In this document: positions 12,601 to 26,080 of the stretch, in pieces
How the letters are laid out: every line of letters starts with the position of its first letter
Position numbering within the stretch: the stretch's first letter is position 1
Assembly (NCBI GenBank): GCA_951804945.1
Contig: OX638161.1
Span: 29,698,001-29,762,000, forward strand
Length of the DNA: 64,000 bases
DNA from: Podarcis cretensis
Lineage: Eukaryota
Direction: 5' to 3'
Program-made: the position numbers and the translations under genes
The notes under the pieces: generated by a model
What the model was told of the DNA's origin: nothing
Seen by the model: the letters and a program-made list of their open reading frames with translations, nothing else
Database searches by the model: none

Positions 12601-15047
12601 CGGCCAATAAGGCGAGATGAGCGTCGCAACACCAGAGTCAGCCACGACTGGACCTAATGGTCAGGGGTCCCTTTACCTTTACCTTTACTGCTCTTACACA
12701 CGGAGGTTCCATTTGGCTATAAGGGTTAAAAGCCATCTATAAGATCAATTATCTATGAATTCATTCTAATCCTTAAAAAAAAAAAAAGCAAAGCCATCTA
12801 AGCTAGCTATCTCCTTAAAGTCACACCCATAATGATGCATTACTTCTGTCTGCAGCCAATAATTAGGGGGCCTGGAATGCTAACGTTGGGAGTTATCTCA
12901 TCTGCAAAGTGAACGTTTTGCAAAGGTTTTGCAGAATCCTTTCTCTGGAAAAAGCAGTTGGATGTGAAGGCAAGGAGGAGGAGTGGAGTGTTTTGCTTTG
13001 TGACACTGCCTTGTTTCCTTTTTACTCTCAACGTGGCTTTAAAACCTCAGCCGAAAAGCTGCAGAAGCAGCAGCAGCTGCTGGAGGGGGTCATCTTGCTC
13101 CTTCACCCCTTCTCATACATCTGCCCCTTTTCCTAGCTCACTTCCCGAGGCGGAAGGAAGTGTGGAAAACGACAGTTTTGACGTGGCGGAAAGTCAAGCC
13201 CTCATGAATAGACTGCAGTGGGACGGATCTTCAGATATCTCGCCTTCGGACTCGGCTTCATCGAAAGCAAGTAAGAATCGGACGGGGTGCCTAGTTAGAG
13301 CACGGCATAAGTTGGTGATGGACTGGGCTGCCATTAGTGCTGGGACAGCATGTTCTTTGTGCCTTTTCTAAAACAATCTTCCCCAAGAATCTTTTACGGT
13401 GGTATATCAGGTTACGAACTTAATTCGTTCCGGAGGTCCGTTCTTAACCTGAAACCGTTCTTAACCTGAGGCACGCTTTTGCAAATGGGGCCTCCCGCGG
13501 CTGCCACATGATTTCTGTTCTCATCCTGGGGCAAAGTTCTTAACCCAAGGTACTACTTCCGGGTTAGCGGAGTTTGTAACCCAAGGTACCACTGTAATGG
13601 TGTGAACTTCTTACTTTGCATAATATATTGTGCTTGACATTGGGAATGGGCAAGGATACTGAAACAATATCCGCAGCATTCCGCTTTATCCTGTCATCCA
13701 TTCCCATCCACACCCAGATTTATTTATTTATTATTTTTGGCCAGGCATTGCATATGCTATGTACTTTCTAGTCTGTAAGACTAGGGTGAGAAATCATATG
13801 GACCTCCATATGTTTCCTGGACTACAACTCCATTGATTCCTGGCCATTCTGAACTATAGGAAGTTGGAGACTAACAATATTTTTTGTTTTTTTGGGGGGG
13901 TTGTTCTCCAGCACTGCTTTATGCCCACAAACGCTGGCTGGAAATCTTGAGGGATTGGAGGGAGTGTTCCAGGAACCTGGAGGTTCCCATGGCATGGAGA
14001 TGAACAATGGTGGGCAGGATGCCTTGAAAGATAGCTTTGTCCTTTGATAATGTATTGCAGTGCACAGACTTCTTTGGTGACTGGGCCCAGAAGACATTGC
14101 TTAGCACCCCCTGAGAGTGGAGAATTCCTTTCAGAATCCTCAGCCATGCCAAGAAATTCCTTGGCAGATAAAATCAATGTGGGAAGGATCCCCTGAGTAT
14201 AGAAGACTAGAAACCCACTGTTCCAGGTGTTGGGCACAGCATGGCAGCAGTGAGAGGAAGACAAAAGAAGCAGTCATAAAATAGCTGGATCTTGGTGTAG
14301 AACGGAGGAAGCATTTAGGCGACTAAGAACTCTGAAAGACAGATACATGCCAACTTGTCACATGGTGATAACACTGAGCAGCGATGCGCATGTCGCTTTT
14401 TGGACCCAATAGTTCTAAATTTATGCAGTTGATATGTTTGGCTGAGAGTCATTTAAGTGTTGAATGGTATTGGGACAATTCTCGCACGCATGCTTCCTCA
14501 TCTTTGTTTTGCATGCGTGAACAGGCTGTCATGGGTATGAATGAAGTGGCTGATGCATTCAGTCCAAAAGTGATTGATCAGAAAGATACAGTGGTACCTC
14601 GGGTAAAGAACTTAATTCGTTCTGGAGGTCCGTTCTTAACCTGAAACTGTTCTTAACCTGAAGCACCACTTTAGCTAATGGGACCTCCCACTGCTGCGGC
14701 GCTGCTGCTGTGTGGTTTCTGTTCCCATCCTGAAGCAAAGTTCTTAACCCAAGGTACTATTTCTGGGTTAGCAGAGTCTGTAACCTGAAGCGTATGTAAC
14801 TCGAGGTACCACTGTACAAAGTGTTGTCAACAGAGAAAAGAGTCTATGAAACATACCAGAGGCTTAACGGGCACTTGCCTTCTTCTCCACCTCAGGTACA
14901 AACAACTCAGAGTCCCGGAAAACCAAAAAGAAGAAACCGCACATGAGCCTGGTAGGAGGTGCTCCAGGAATGAGCTCCAGCAAGAAGAAACTGAAGCCGA
15001 AGCAGCTTGCACCTCCCACCCCCAGCCTTTATGACGACATCAATTGA
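208..15047 (+). CDS. ATXN7L3: Ataxin-7-like protein 3 (Sgf11 orthologue, SAGA deubiquitination module); 12 coding exons, 341 aa
   Basis: join(208..258,1536..1668,2545..2716,3777..3874,4680..4702,5861..5906,7020..7051,7286..7354,8612..8655,11078..11149,13137..13270,14896..15047) = 1026 nt, all GT-AG, frame maintained. Starts [17 protein letters not shown]. Has the Sgf11 zinc finger [23 protein letters not shown] and the SCA7 domain [22 protein letters not shown]. Ends PSLYDDIN*. The acceptor at 131-134 implies a non-coding exon upstream of the window. Confidence 0.97.
396..640 (+). mobile_element. tRNA-derived SINE, Squam3-like
   Basis: A-box TGGTGTAGTGG, B-box GGTTCGCTTCC and tail ...AAATCCAAACTCTTC. 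A second copy lies at 39281-39522. Confidence 0.8.
1246..1385 (+). mobile_element. tRNA-Lys(CTT)-derived SINE with CR1-type 3' tail
   Basis: Degenerate tRNA-Lys head (GGTAGAGC..GAGACTCTTAAT..CAGGGTCGTGGGTTTGAGCCCCAC) fused to the CR1 end TAGATGACC...CCCTTCCAACTCTACAATTC. Confidence 0.8.
1778..2026. mobile_element. Non-autonomous hAT-type DNA transposon (MITE)
   Basis: Termini CATGGGTAAGCAAACT...AGTTTGCTCACCCCTG with internal CCGGCCC subterminal repeats. Confidence 0.7.
2985..3016. repeat. (TGGTC)n pentanucleotide microsatellite
   Basis: About six units read directly. Confidence 0.85.
4435..4571. mobile_element. Hairpin MITE (ACTACAACTCCC family)
   Basis: Perfect TIR CAGTGTTTCCCAAACTTG/CAAGTTTGGGAAACACTG. 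Related decayed copies at ~4100-4210, 6540-6670, 10400-10530, 12105-12245, 13785-13880, 19080-19175, 36155-36292, 38960-39082, 42045-42165 and 46932-47065. Confidence 0.75.
5215..5780 (-). mobile_element. L1-like LINE 3' end (ORF2 C-terminus, 3' UTR, A-tail)
   Basis: Minus strand reads [36 protein letters not shown], typical of the squamate L1 ORF2 end, followed by AATAAAA and an A-rich tail. Confidence 0.65.
6312..6454 (+). mobile_element. tRNA-Lys-derived SINE with CR1-type tail
   Basis: Homologous to 1246-1385 but more decayed. Confidence 0.75.
6762..6892. mobile_element. hAT MITE with perfect 8-bp TSD
   Basis: TIR AGGCATGTCCAAC/GTTGGACATGCCT and TSD AAATATAC at 6754-6761 and 6893-6900. 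Confidence 0.85.
9110..9612 (+). mobile_element. L2-type LINE 3' fragment with (ATT)n tail
   Basis: Reads [37 protein letters not shown], an L2 ORF2 C-terminus. A close second copy lies at 45500-45886. Confidence 0.75.
12346..12685 (+). mobile_element. Sauria SINE (Squam1)
   Basis: GGGACGTGGGTGGCACTGTGGGTTAAACC head, (ACCTTT)n tail and a 13-bp TSD TACTGCTCTTACA at 12333-12345 and 12686-12698. Confidence 0.9.
13397..13594. mobile_element. Tc1/mariner (Tigger-like) MITE
   Basis: TA-flanked, ends GGTACCACTG, homologous to 14589-14814. Confidence 0.75.
14589..14814. mobile_element. Tc1/mariner (Tigger-like) MITE
   Basis: TIR CAGTGGTACCTCG/CGAGGTACCACTG with TA target duplication. Confidence 0.85.
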
Positions 15048-18000
15048 ATAATGCTGGGATGAGGATAAAGAAAGCAGGGAGGAGGGGAGATGCCCCGGAA
15101 CCCTGTCCGACCCAGTTCGCAGGAAAGGAGCAGGACTGTCTCCTCTCAGGCACACCTTTTTATGAACTGTGAAGAGAGTTGGCTGCATGTCTCCCTTTTC
15201 CTCCCAAGCCTCCAGCACACATTGCACAGCCCTTTGTGTCCACTGGATGTGAGAACGAAAGGACCGGACTGCTTTTGGTGCAGTGGGCACCCACCTCTTC
15301 CGGGGAAAAGCGGGGGGTGGTGTTTTGAGGCGGGGCCTTGAAGATGAGTGACTCGGTCAGCCAGGGAGTCGCTATTCTCTTTCCTCCCCCACCCCACCCC
15401 CGTCCCCGTTTCAACACGTCTATTTATTGTGATGTTAGTGGATGTTCAATCATGACTATATATACGGTGGCATTGTATCGCTTCGCAACCCTGGAGACTG
15501 ACTGGGCGGGGTGGTGTGTATCGGCCCGCAGCCTTTTCGGCCTGGTTTGCAAGAGAATTAAAGGGTCTCTGGGGGGAAATGGAGAATGTCTGTTGCGCTT
15601 CAGTGCCTGCTCTCCCTTCTCGAGAGCCTCTGCTCCGAAACGGAGCCTCCTTTCCGTCGTGCGAAGGGGGCACCAGATCGTGAACCTGCCTCTGAGCTGC
15701 TGCAGCGGCGCTCCGTTGTTCAAAAGGCTGTCTCCGTGGCTGCTGTATCCCTCTTGCCCTCCCAAGCAGGAATAATGCTCTTGCTGCAGAGAGCAGTCCT
15801 CAGACATCTGCACAACCTGAGCAAACTGGGATGGAGGCCGAAGAGAGGTTTGGTCTTGTGTTGCTGCTGTCACTACTGCCAAACGGTGTCTGCTTCCCTG
15901 CCAAATGGCATTTCCAAGACTATGTATAAAGCAACATGATGAATGGCTTTGATGATGTGGGCAGTCTCTCCCGGCGATGCATGTCAGGAAGCTGGTGCAG
16001 CTGTTTGCTTCCGAACTCTTCCTATACTGGGCACAAATCTAGGTTTTGCCCAACCCTGGTGAGCCAATACCATAAGATTTGCAATGCTTTATACATACTC
16101 CGTATGCAGGTATGAATCTCCGTACAGCCCTAAAAATTGGCTGTAAATTAGAATAGTTGGTTGTTGCTTTTTTTAATTAAAAAAAATGGCTCTGCTGTTT
16201 AACATCCCCCAGAAGATGTTAATGAAGGTCAAGCACAGGAGGGGCAGCGCTGCCTTCCCTACTGTGGCCTGTGTGGGTCGATGAATCTAAACAAAACCTT
16301 GCTGGAGTATTAGAGCCAATCTTAAGTGTGCCTGGGTGGGGCAATAGAAGAGATGGGAGGGAGGATGTATACTCTTAAGTGAGTACTTCCACCGCTCTCT
16401 CCCCATCTATATAAACCTCCCTTCCACCTCAATCCTGGCCTGAATTCTATTCCTTCTGTAAGCAGGTGCAGTTTTTAAAACGCCAGAAATCATGGTGGTC
16501 CTAGATGGAAACTTGAAATTGCAAAGTTGATTCTGGAAGGTGGAGTGTTGCTGGTTTCATTGTGTCTCTGTGCTTCTCTTTTCTGGAATTTTGACAAGAC
16601 TTAGAAAAGGGCATGTGCTGTCCAATAAGCTTTGTGCAAGCCCAGCCCCGCCACCCCCAGCTTCTGAACATACTTAAAGGGAATTTCTCGTGTATTCTTC
16701 TTCCCTTTCCTCTATTCCAGAGAATGCAAACATGTGTGTGTGTTTGGGGGAGGGGGGAGAGACTAAGATTTTCCTCCCATAAATCTGTTCTGTTGCAGCT
16801 ACGCACATGCCTACTTCAGCACAGCGATGTCTGCTGCTGATGCTGGTTTTTCAGGACTGAGCCTTTCAAACCTTTTCCTCCATTCTCATAGCAGCTGAAA
16901 AAGCCAGATGGGTTGCAGATGAAAGTCCGCCTTTGCCACGGCTAAATTCATGGGCTCAGTTCTGTAAGGGGAGGCTTCTCTGAGCAATCACTTCCCACAG
17001 TCCCGAAACAGAAAACTCTTTGCATGTTCAGCTGTTTGTACAGAGGGTCTCCGAAGAGCCTTATGTCTTCCTGCTTCCTCCTTAGTTTCTCACACTTTTC
17101 CTGCCTGTGAGGCCCCAAATTGTGGCAGCCGTGTTTCCCTACATTGCAGCATGAATGCTGAATCTGCAGTCACTGAACAGGTGTGACTGATGATGTTCAG
17201 CATGTCTGGAAGTAGAGGTAGCCTACTCAGCAAGTTAACACGATTTTTAGTTTTTTCTCTCTTTCCCCACCGCCCTGCTCCTCTTCGCTTTGCTTCCCTA
17301 GGCAAAAGGTACAAGGTATGCAGGGAATGTTCAGAGGACGAGGCAAGCTTTTGCCCCACCTGGAGCAAGAACTCCATGTTATTTAAAGGTAAATAGCATG
17401 GAGCTCTACCAGCTGAATTGTACAATTCTTTTGTCTTGAAGGGATGGATCCTGCACCACAACCAACCTTTTTTTTTTTTAAGGTCCCCTGTTTTCTTCTA
17501 TGGCAGTCTGCACTCCCCCATCATTAGAAACCAGTGCTTCATGTTGTGCTTTAGCAAATGTTTTTGAAAACATGACTTGACAGCCTGTGCTATGCAGGCA
17601 ATGATCAGCCTTGCACCCGCTTCTGACTTAACTAGTTGAACCGAATCATATCTTTCCAGAGAGAAATAGTAAGGAAGAAGAAGAGGGAGACTTTTATTCA
17701 AACCAGGATCAGTTACCTTCTCTATGCCTGGCAACCAGTTGCTACCCCATTAAAATTATGTACCTGTAAAACTGAAGCGGCGCAAAAGTGGCCAGATTGA
17801 GGGAAAAGGAAGACCCCTGCTCAGCCTCCATGGTTGCAGCTGAACCCTTTGGGATCATGTTGCAGATAACCTAGGAAGTGTAGCATCTGGGGAATTTTGA
17901 ACATTAATTGAGGGAGGGGTAGGGTGGGGGAAGACCTAGGTCTTTTTATATATGGCTCTGTATCTGCACTTGCACCCTTTAATTTTTTTAAGGTAGGCCT

Positions 18001-18320
18001 GTTTCACTTGAAGAAGAAAAAACAAACCCGTGTATTCTATCATGAGTGGACTGTTGAGAGGTTTTTAATTTGTTGATGATGTACAAACTGCACCTATGTG
18101 ATATCTTTGAACATGTGCAGAAATCATTGGAGTAAGTACTGTACTGTGGTCTCTGAATTATTTTTTAAAACTTGTTTTGTGTATGTAATCTCAGCTTGTA
18201 CAGGTAGGTAGCTAGATTTTTTTAAAAAAACAAAACAACCCTGTCAAATCTGTATTTTTTTTCTGCCCATCCATGGATTGCGGAATGCCTGTGTAAATAA
18301 ACTGCAACTCTGCTTGGTAT
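15048..18320 (+). other. Long (~3.3 kb) ATXN7L3 3' UTR
   Basis: TE-poor sequence from the stop codon to AATAAA at 18296-18301, with a U-rich distal part. The 3' end is inferred. Confidence 0.65.
18296..18301 (+). terminator. Polyadenylation signal for ATXN7L3
   Basis: AATAAA at the end of the TE-free U-rich UTR, overlapping TGTAAATA. Confidence 0.6.
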
Positions 18321-18340
18321 TTGAGCCTCAGGCTGTTCTT

Positions 18341-18664
18341 CATTGTTTAGTCAATTAGTCTTGTCCGACTCTTCGCAACCCCATGGACCAGAGCACACCA
18401 GGCATACCAGTCTTCCACTGCCTCCGGGAGTTTCGTCAAATTCATGTTGGTTGCTTCGAGAACACTGTCCAGCCATCTCGTCCTCTGTCGTGCCCTTCTG
18501 CTTGTGTCCTCAGTCTTACCCAACATCAGAGTTTTTTTCCAGAGAGTCTTCTCTTCTCATGAGGTGGCCAAAGTATTTGAGCCTCAGCTTCAGGATCTGT
18601 CCTTCCACTGAGCACTCAGTTGATTTCCTTCAGAATGGATAGGTTTGATCTTTTTGCAGTCCAT
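18341..18664 (-). mobile_element. BovB (RTE) LINE 3' fragment
   Basis: BovB 3' end (GTCCGACTCTTCGCAACCCCATGGAC...TCATGAGGTGGCCAAAGTA) and a 10-bp TSD GGCTGTTCTT at 18331-18340 and 18665-18674. Confidence 0.85.
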
Positions 18665-19187
18665 GGCTGTTCTTAGTTCTGTTAAATTGTTGCTTTCAAT
18701 GCCTACTCAATCCTCATCTTGAGAGTAGTGTTGAATCAGATCTTCTGTTGAAACCAGAGGGCTTTTTGCATTTACAAAAATGCAATTTTGGACAGCACCT
18801 GAAAGACTTGAGTGTGAGTGTGTGAGTCTAAAATAATCTAATTGTCAAAAGCCAGGCATACGCACATTGTGAAATCTCAAGAAGCTACAGAGCAAAAGCT
18901 TTGCAGGGTTGGGGAAGAGATGAGTGCTACAAAGCTCCTGCTCCCTCTCAAAAGCTAGAGTAAATCGCAGGAGCAAGAGTGCTGTCCAACTCCCAGAATG
19001 TTTAGCTTTTCTTGAAACAAAATTTGGAGTCTACATAGAGCACACAATCTTGCTGTAAGGCTAGTTCCGGTTGAGTGTTGCAAGATTACTCCCGTCATCT
19101 CTGAGTGCTGGCCATGCTAGCTGGGACTGATAGAAAGCAAGCAGGTAGAGAACCACAAGTTAGGCACCCCTGTTTTAGACTGTAGAT

Positions 19188-19404
19188 CAGGGATGTACAC
19201 TGAACAGGTCAATCACAATCTATCGATCAATTGTGGGGTGTCCCTGGTCGATCCCGATCCCCCAAAAACAAAACAACTTTGCTGAAGCCTCTCCCCCCCC
19301 CCCCAAAAAAATGCTCAACAACTTTAGTTAATCCAATGGGTAGATCACTGCCATTTTTTTATAGTGGGAGTAGATAGCAGTCTCTTGGGAGTTGGACATG
19401 CCTG
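19188..19404. mobile_element. hAT MITE, longer relative of 6762-6892
   Basis: Shares internal sequence (GCTCAACAA...ATAGTGGGAGTAGAT...GTTGGACATGCCTG). TSD CTGTAGAT/GTGTAGAT. Confidence 0.8.
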
Positions 19405-21198
19405 GTGTAGATCATGTAGCAAAGCTGTTCCGAATTTGGTGGTGTGAAAAGCCTGTATATGAAGAGTATATAGAGTATATAAAATTTGGGTATGGAAACT
19501 TCCCAGCTCCAGCAAAAGACCTTTTAAACAAGTAAATAACTGGACATATATATGTAGCACACCAAAGACTGGGAGGGGAAGAGTCCAATCTCCCCCAATT
19601 TACAAAAAGCTTCCCTGCCTAGTCATTTAGAGACGATGCTTAATTGTCACAGGTAGTTACTCAGATGCCTGTTTTTATTTTCCTTCCTTATTTTCCTTCC
19701 TCTTAAAGCAGATTTGAACAAACTCCACAGAAGAAAACACGACGACATAAAATCTGCATGGATTTTTATAATACATTTCACACAGTGGATGTCAAGCGCA
19801 GGTTTAACTTAAAAGAATGATTTCTGACAACTTTTAATAAATGCCTTGATTTTAAAAGCTAGATCAGTGGTACAAATACTAGAGATTGATTTTGAGGAGG
19901 AGTGGGAAATTACTTGGCACTGATAATTACCATCGGAAATATCTGAAGTTGGTTATTCAGTTCCAACTTAGGTTAGCAACCATGAGGCCTGAAATTTAAT
20001 TAACTCCCCCAACTCTCTCCACTTAAGAAACAAGTTGTGGGATTTAAAATACTTTAGCAAGCTCAAAGAGAAGTCGCCTACAACCTAGCAGAGAGGGGTG
20101 TAGTGATTACATTTACCAGTCCTGGTCTTTTATGTCTTCGATGTCAAATCATCACCGCTGGCACAGAAGACAAGGGAAATTCAGCTTGCCTGTCTTCTAT
20201 TTGAAGCCCTCTCAGCCAGTGACCATGAATTCCAAGGAGATAAATGTGGTTTCAATACTTGTAAGTCAACCTGGTTAACCCCCAAGTGCTGCCAATATTC
20301 TTCCTGTAGACAGTTAAGAGGCAAACCATGCAAGCGTCTTGGTTACTAATGGCATTCTGGATCATAATCCTTGCAGTGTGTGCACATGCAAATGGCCCTC
20401 TTTGGAGAGGGCTCTTCCTTTCTACAGCACAGGGGTAGTGTGAGCATCTCAATGGAGTCCGTACAGTAAGAAGTGAGCAGGTGTCTTCAGAACATAGTTC
20501 AAGGTGCATGTATCTTGGAAAGGTGGGAGGGGAGAAGGCAGGTGTCTCACTATTTCACAGTGCATCACTGTGTAACTACCATGTAATTAGTGGCAGTGAA
20601 ATGGAGAGAAGCATGAACCCAAAGATCATTCCATTCATGCTTTCCAAAGCAGCAGCAGCAGCAAACTAAACAGGCAAATGCTTAGGTGGAGAGCCCGTTT
20701 CCTCTATTGCGGGGCTCAGAAGTCTTAAGAGCACAAGGGACAGGAACTGTACTTCAGTACAAATGGGTTCTCTACGATAATCATCACCAAGTTCCAAGTC
20801 CTAGTAGCTGTGGAGAAGAACGTGGCAGCCAAATCTCTCTTCGAGGCCTAGAAGCCGAACGACAGCAAGGCAATGCTTCTGACAGCTGAAAGGATTCTAT
20901 CCTGAGAGTAGGGGGAGATCAGAGCAAACACCTGTGGCCCTGCTCTCTTCTATACTTGTCTCGTTCCCCTCTTCTAGCATCACTCTTCAAAGATACCCAA
21001 ATGCTGTAGCGATAGAAAATGTAGAAATTAAGTACAATTTTTCAACTCAAAGGTTTTGTGGAGCTCTAACCTCCATCAGCGGAGAATTCTGGATAAGAGC
21101 TTTATATGTCCCTCACAGGGTATGAATGAGTGGAAGTACGAAACAGAGAGCACTCAAGATTTGGCAGCTAAGGCCACTCCCTCCTTCCCCATGGCTGC

Positions 21199-23554
<2,356 letters not shown>

Positions 23555-25389
23555 CTCTTACCTTTAGAGAACAGGGGAGCAACAAGGATAGCAGTTCTGG
23601 CCTTGACAGCAGAGGGAAATTCAGATGGCATCTGATTAGGATTTCAGTCCCATTTCTCACTGCAGTTTTTAATTAAGGAGAAAGAGAGACAGTGGTTTTT
23701 ACCCCTGGTTTTACCTGCTGTTTTCAGTTTTCCTGTTTCTCTGAATGTTAAATAAAATAGGCATCAAAGTCAGAGGGGCACAATTCATAGTTCTCAGCCT
23801 AGGCCCATGAGATTTAGCCCCTACCTCAGTCATGACCTCAAGGAGCCTTGGGCAAGTTGCTATCTCAGCCTCAGTTCTCCAGTGGTAAAATGGGAATGAA
23901 AGGGTGTTGCAAGGACAAACAAGACAATGTACAAAATACTTTACAATCTGTACAAAGATGGATTGATGACATATACTTAGTGAGAAAGAGGATCTAGAAA
24001 ACAGAGCAGTTAACATTGCATGCTGATGCACACTATCTTTCCAACAAATCATCAGATTTCTAGAGACCTATGTTTCTTTGTATTCCAACAAATCTTTTTT
24101 TTAATTTACCAGCTTGGTACATGTTCTCAGGAGTAAGATATCAAGCAGCCAAAATGTATATGACTTGAGGACATACTTATAGGGACTAGGTTTATTTGTT
24201 TCTTACTTACCAAGCGGGATTTAGATCTAAAATTTGCAATAGAAGCCAAAACTTGTAGGCTGGAGCCTTGGTTATCCCACTAGATTGCAACCTAAGACCT
24301 TCACATCCTCTTGCCTGCTAGCCTCCCTGTTCAATATTAAAAAATAAAACTGCCTCCAGGTTAAGAGAAGTTTCCATTTGCAGAACCAGTTTGTGACGCA
24401 AAACTATGTCTTCATGGAAGCGCCTGGGGAAGATTAGTTCACAGAAGTACATTACATTGCTCTGTGCTGGTTGTACTGGTTTTCAATAGATTTTCAGCCC
24501 AATTCAAGGCAGTACTTTTGATCTATAACGTCTTATAATGTCAATACGGTGAAGAAAGCAGGTTACTTGGGGAAAGAGACAGCTATGACTGAGTATGCTT
24601 TCCTCAGTCTCAGCTTTGTTACTGACCCTATAATAGCAACCCAATGTACAGAAACTAAGCAAGTGAAGCAATTCCCACTACTTATCTCCATGCCAGAAAA
24701 ATATATTTAATTTCCTCTTGTCCAGTTGACGTTAAAAGGGGCGGGAGGTGGGGAGTGGCAGAGATATACTCCCCTCTATCTCATTAGGATTTTTAAGATT
24801 GACCCAGATCACCCCCTTATCCAATGATGGAAAAAATACATGTGACAGGCAAGAATTAGCCTCCTGCCATTGACTTTGATGGCCTGCTGGGGAAGTAGCC
24901 ACAGTAAACAAAAAACTGGGGCACATTAAGTTTCCATTGATAAGGGAGGGAGCAAGGAACCAACAACTTGGCATGACATAAGCACTTCATGACATAAGCA
25001 CTCCATATAGTCCTCCTATTTGCACGATATATATAGCACAGGTGATTTCCATGTCCTCCTGGCCCCCAAGGAAGTGTATGCTAGCTGAAAGCTTTTCTGT
25101 TTTGCCCAATCAACCTGCCTTTTGCTGGGTTCCTACTTCTCCCTTCTACGAAGCCTTCAAGGAGCTTGTCCTCAACTCCTGTCTTTTAGCCTTGCTCTGA
25201 TGTTCCCCATCACCTCTGATCCGGTCCCAAGTTTCAGCAAGATCCGTCTCTCGGGTTTTAACTTTAAATGGGCATTGCCCCTGCCCGATGCCCCCCCCCC
25301 GGAAGGTTTCCTTCTCCATTCCGTTCTCCCTCATAGGCTTCTCCATGAGCTTTGCTTCCCAAAGTTAAAAACAAAACAAACAGCCCACT

Positions 25390-25980
25390 AGGCGGGGGGG
25401 GGGCGGTTTGCTTGGGGGAAGGGACGTGGAGCCTCGCCAGTGCAAAGGGAAGCAGCTTCCGGGCCGCGCGAGGTGACAGAAAGGAGGCAGGGCGAGGAGG
25501 AAGCGGGCCCAAAAAGCAGCGTGCAAACGAAAAGAAAAGGTGCCGGGGCAGAGGAAACGCTGCCCGAAAGAGGGGCGGAAAGTTCCGACATTTCCGCGGG
25601 CAGGAAAGCGAAGGCAAGGGCGGAGAGGCGCCGAAGGGAAGGAGGTCCGGCCGAAAGGGTAGCAGCAGAGCGGGGAGCGCGCAGCGCTCGCAACCGGGAG
25701 GCGCCGAAGGACTTCCCGGGGGGCGGGGGAGAAGCGGAAGGGCCCGCTTCAAAGGGGTCTCGGCACTGGAGCGTCAAGCTGGGGGCCCGCCGAGAACCTG
25801 TCACTCACCTGCCCGAGAGCCCTTTCTTTCCCAGAGGAAACGGTTACGTCACTAACGCCCGCTGCCCACGTCACTTCGAGGCGCGAGAGGTTGCCAGGAT
25901 GGAAGGCCGCGGTTGCCATAGCAGCGGCTGTGTAAGGGAATGGGTGACGTGTATATTACGCGTCCAAGGCGTATTGCGTA
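25390..25980 (-). promoter_or_regulatory. TMUB2 CpG island/promoter with non-coding first exon (donor after 25809)
   Basis: CpG-rich stretch with GC boxes. Minus-strand donor CAG|GTGAGT at 25803-25811. CRE/UPRE-like TGACGT cores at 25844-25851, 25866-25873 and 25945-25951. RFX X-box-like GTTGCCATAGCAGC at 25912-25925. Confidence 0.75.
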
Positions 25981-26012
25981 CATTTATCATTTTGTATACA
26001 GTACTATTTATC

Positions 26013-26080
26013 TCTGGTGTGCCCGGCGTGCTCTGGTCCATGGGGTCACGAAGAGTCGGACACGACTAAACGACTAACAA
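26013..26080 (+). mobile_element. BovB 3' tail fragment
   Basis: GTCCATGGGGTCACGAAGAGTCGGACACGACTAAACGACTAACAAC. Confidence 0.8.

Noticed and set aside
15338-15939. Overlapping 117-152 aa ORFs downstream of the ATXN7L3 stop
   Set aside because: GC-rich 3' UTR with no recognisable domains, open on both strands as expected by chance.
24972-25003. 16-bp tandem duplication CATGACATAAGCACT(T/C), and a 12-mer repeat near 36623
   Set aside because: Ordinary slippage duplications with only 2-3 units and no spacers, so not CRISPR-like.
25264-26069. 138-209 aa ORFs on both strands
   Set aside because: Stop-poor CpG island giving low-complexity R/G/P/A translations, mostly with non-ATG starts.
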